The notes under the pieces are model-generated. The model was not told where the DNA came from. It saw only the letters and a list, made by a program, of their open reading frames with translations, and did not search any database. The position numbers and the translations under genes were made by a program. A DNA stretch of 64,000 bases from Azolla caroliniana (taxonomy: Eukaryota > Plantae > Polypodiophyta). Each line of letters opens with the position of its first letter. The stretch's first letter is position 1. Of the stretch, positions 59,801 through 64,000 are shown one piece after another. The DNA is taken from assembly GCA_043228905.1 (NCBI GenBank), contig JBHGNT010000004.1:25792001-25856000 (forward strand), written 5' to 3'.

Positions 59801-62800
59801 TGTGCCACCTACGAATAGGATAAAAAAAATTTGAGCAGTATTTATATAGTTATAAAGAGATGGAATATAATCTTAGAAAAGAAAATTACAATCACTGTTT
59901 CTATCAACTTACAAAGCACAACAATTACACATTATCGAGAGGCATGCATAAGCACTCTTAACAATAACAACCCAAGATGCTAGACGCAAAGGAAAATTGA
60001 AGGTCCAAGTGTAGGAAACTCACAATGTAAAACGATGACCGGTTATAAAGTTAACATCACCACAACCTTAACAATACCAACTCAAGATGTTATTAAGCAC
60101 CACCAAATGTTAATGCTATCCTAGAGTTCCAACCCATCTAAAAGTAGGGGGCTTTAAGGTAATTATTTATTACATGCCCATCCAATCGCTATAATCCTAA
60201 CGTTAACCAACAAATTCCATAGCTGACTTTGTTCATACTCTTTAGCATGCATTGATTGTATGCATTTGCAATCTATTATAGTTTTTCGTTTTTATTTACT
60301 GGAAACATCCTACATGCAAAAAGAGTACAGTGTTTTTTCGGAAAAAAAAGAGTTCAGTGTTACCTCCAGCTATGAAAGCAGGAAAAACAGCATGAATATT
60401 GGAAAGGAATGAATGATATGAATTTCAGTGTTTCAAAGTGTTCAAATGCATTTTACTAGTAATAAATAAACATTTTAGCAGAAAAACATTATGATGCATT
60501 GAAAACGGCAAGCTCACATCTTAACACTCACCTTCCATCAGCAAGATTATGAGTACCAATATTCCAGCTCCTTGTAATCATTGTTTGCTTATCACCCTTC
60601 ATAACGAGACGAAGTCCTACTTGCCCGCCATCAAAAGCTAAATTTGCACCAGACACAAAAATTTCCAAACAGAATTGGCCATGTCTCTCTGTACCAAGCA
60701 AACACACTGGACCAGATTCTACTTCCACCTGAACTGCTGCAGAGAAAGTGACTCTTGGACTACCACAGACAGAAGGATCCATAGTTCCACAACATCTTCC
60801 TTCATTCTGTGGCTCAGCATCTAGTATACAGACTGCACCTTCTATGCCTGTCTGCGAAAGAGAGAACAATATTATTAACACAATTACTTTTGATGTCACT
60901 GCAGTCAAATAACATTATGAACCGCGCAGAGAAAGAACAAAAGAAAGCTATATGAACGCCTTAAGCAAACAACATGGCCTATAACACCGGAGAGAGAAAG
61001 AGAGCTACATTAATGTCTTTTAAGAGGCTGAAACAGCATATAAGATGGAACAGGATATTAAATCTTGAAAGGTTGTCTCATCTTTAAGAACAACAAACCT
61101 CAATTAAAATAACTAAATGGTATATTCTGGACTTAGATAAAGAAATCTGAAGTTCTGCCTTACCTTCTGTGCCCTCTCAGCTCTTTGTAGAGATAACACA
61201 CGTTGTGCAATGCTTGTAACCTGTTCTCCAACCTTACCCTCTTCAAAAAGAGTATCACCTACAACAGCACGAGCTGCAGCAGCTACAGCAGCAGCTTCTT
61301 TACTTCCAGCAGTTGGAATAGAAGAAAGAACAGTGGCCTCTAATTCTCTGCGTCTTCTCTCTTCTTTTAAAAGAAGCAGTCTCCGTCTTTCTCTGCCTTT
61401 TCCCTCCTCTTCTCGTTTTTGTACCATTACTTCATCTTCCATCTCTTTCTCACGTATGAAGCTATGAAGTTGCCAGGAAATTAAAATTTACAACATAACA
61501 AGTAAAAATATCTGCAAACCAAAACCAATCTATCAAAGAAGCTAACCTTTCTTGCATTAATTCAAATTCACGATAATCTTCAGCTTGCCACTTCTTCATC
61601 CTTCTCTCATTCAAATCTGAAAAGCCTTTGCTATCTAAAAACAGTCGCAGACGAACCTCATCCTTTTAAGGAAACGAAGTTTCTGTGAGTAAACTATTTT
61701 GGCAAAACCAAAACCAATAGAAGATGACTTGACAATTCCCAACCTGAATTTTTTCTGCCTTCGCTGCAAGACTCAGTAGTAGCAAGAGATAACCCCCAAA
61801 TTTATCCCACATATAGACCCATTCAGTGTCCAGCGCTTCTTCCAGCAAAAATATTTTTGCATGAATTTCAGCGTCTGATGAATTCTCATGATAATATATT
61901 TGCCTCTCTTTCTGTATGCAGCACCAAAGACCAGCAGCAAGTTCCTGATTGTTCAGACGCTCCTGTAACTTCAAGACATCATCCCGTGGCAAGACATAGT
62001 TCCCCCCATAATCACGACCCATCTTTGGATCCCCAACAAGAAGGGCAGTAGAGCTTGCTGATCTTTGAGGAGCAGAATATGTGCCAGACAAAGCATTGCG
62101 TGTCTGGCGAAAAAACAGAATTCAATCATTAGCAACTGATCATGTAAACAACAAACTCATTTGTAAAGGAATATTGCTTCGACCAAGCAGAAAACATTAG
62201 TTTATAGCTGAAATATAAATAGTGCATTACGAAATACAGATTCAATTTGGCTCAGGCTGAAATAACACATAAATTCCCCATCGCCATGCTACTTCTCATA
62301 AGCTATCATCCAAACAGGAAATATGGTTTATCTAGGTGAATATGATTTATTGCTGTGGTCACAAACATGGAAGCAACAAGTAATGATTTGGTGCTTGTAA
62401 AGTAAAAAGCAATTAAAAAAAGGACAACTCAACACAGCCAGTCTAATTTCAACTGGCAGCATAAAAAATGCCTTTTATGAAATTTTGATAAACACAGCAA
62501 GGAATGTTATAAAAGTTTCTATGCATCATATGAACATGGTATATTTGGAGGATATGATTGCATTATACATCCAATATTTAGAAAAAAAATAACAATATAT
62601 TACATTAAAATATAGAAGTTTCACTCAATTCGTCACATACTAGGTTGTTTAGGGATTAGATCTTTTAGCAGCATTTACGTGAAAACATTAAGGACAACAA
62701 TATTTGAAACAAATACTATGTGCTAATATAAAATAGGTGAGTTAACATTGAATATACAAAACATAGACACACTTATGTGAATATTTGGCTGAGTGATTCA

Positions 62801-63949
62801 TAGCAGATCTCTAACTTGCACCCTAAGGAAACTAAAGAATAAGGATGCAATCTTATCCCTGAAGATACAAACTGTAATAGTTCATTTCTAAGGAAGATTC
62901 CAACTACTGTCACCAACTGTGCATTCTCTGGATTGATGAAACGGTTAGAAACCTAAAATCGACCAACCTTTGTTGCTGCACGAGCAAGCGCCTGGACAAC
63001 TGTTTCTTTGCTTAGAAATTGCACAGCATTCTCCACCATCTGAGCCAATATATATCTTTAAAAGTTATTATGATAACAAGTTAAATTTCTCACAATGCCA
63101 ATAATAGTAGTAAACACATTGCCCAACCTTTGATGTCAATGGAGGACGAGAAACAGCAAAGCCAAAGGCAACCACAAGAGTAACGGCTGAGGTAGCCGCT
63201 CCAGCAAAAGGGGGGTAAATCTCCAAGCTTGCTACGACACCCCAGCCAACCATCGCTACAGCAACTCCAAACAAAACTAGCAATGCCCCGCTGATGGTTA
63301 ACACAAACAGTCTGATAATGAGTAAGAGTGCATTATGCTAAGCAAGACTATGCAAACATTTATCTTTAGGCAATCTGCTATACCTGACATTCTTAGCAGA
63401 ATCAGCATGTGCATCATAAACATATACAGGAAGGACACGTGGTGAATATACCACAACAGGGGGAGAAAGTAGAACCTACAAATTAAATTGATATATTCAA
63501 CACGTTCTTTATAACCATGAAAATCATAGCAAATTAAAGTGATGCCATAGAAAACTAATTCATGCACATCTCAGAAATATTTTTTATGAAAGAATAGCTG
63601 GCAAGTCTGTGTGACTTACAGTCAATGCTCTCCCAGCCAGAAGAAATAAGAAAGAAAAATAGCCAACAGATGCTCCCACAAAAGGTTCATCTGACAGTTA
63701 GCATGGAAAACTCAGTGAGGGTTATTGTACTGAATGAGAAAATGTGTAAATGCATTGGTGTAAATACTGAAGACTTTACATACTTGCTAGAAGACCCACA
63801 AGGAAAGCTGCAAGTGCTAGAACAAATGCCGCAAGACAAACTAGGAACATCTCCGCCCTTGTTAGATAGAAGTTGTGGGATGCCCAGTAATGAATAACAC
63901 TTATTGCAGAGACCAGCAACAGTAGAATGAGAAGAAATGCAGCACCAAC
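56888..63949 (-). CDS. DEK1: Calpain-type cysteine protease DEFECTIVE KERNEL 1, 3' part (5' exons lie beyond the window)
   Basis: Exons (minus): 63949-63784, 63690-63620, 63475-63384, 63290-63128, 63039-62968, 62103-61744, 61662-61547, 61461-61164, 60851-60532, 59808-59457, 59370-59062, 58941-58837, 58477-58349, 58188-57808, 57722-57585, 57508-57272, 57199-56888. TM segments, LG3 linker, CysPc triad (QGRLGDCWFLS, GHAYS, RNPW) and the C2-like domain ending SIILEPLG. Confidence 0.97.
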
Positions 63950-64000
63950 CTGAAACTCAAACCCCAATGTTTCAGATTTTATTTTGGAAATCCAGAAAGA

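Noticed and set aside
41576-64000. DWF5, pseudouridine synthase and DEK1 as a functional gene cluster
   Set aside because: They are unrelated housekeeping functions with no shared pathway or regulatory signal visible; this is ordinary gene adjacency.

Overview
Eukaryotic land-plant nuclear DNA. A fern is the most likely source, inferred from the fern-style intronless PLS-PPR genes, abundant (CT)n/(AG)n tracts and compact gene spacing. I reconstructed eight protein-coding genes by hand from splice sites: a GT106/O-fucosyltransferase-family RG-I rhamnosyltransferase-like gene (+), a p24-delta/TMP21 cargo receptor (-), two convergent PLS-class PPR genes (+/-), an NIP/ATL24-like membrane RING-H2 E3 ligase (+), sterol delta-7 reductase DWF5 (+), an RluD-like S4-domain pseudouridine synthase (-), and the 3' part of the calpain DEK1 (-, runs off the window). 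Intergenic DNA and introns carry decayed Ty3/gypsy, LINE and hAT relics, a 1-kb non-autonomous MULE with a perfect 9-bp TSD, a small MITE, tRNA relics, microsatellites and many short tandem duplications. The most notable observations are: an Npl4-type (NZF) ubiquitin-binding zinc finger fused to the N-terminus of the RING-H2 ligase; degenerate telo-box arrays filling the leader regions of two unrelated genes; a PPR ending in a truncated DYW-like tail with a GGHVP motif; and a decayed copy of the DWF5 5' end just downstream of DWF5. I found no CRISPR, rRNA or intact tRNA, and no convincing multi-gene novel system. Family assignments rest on motif recognition, not database searches.
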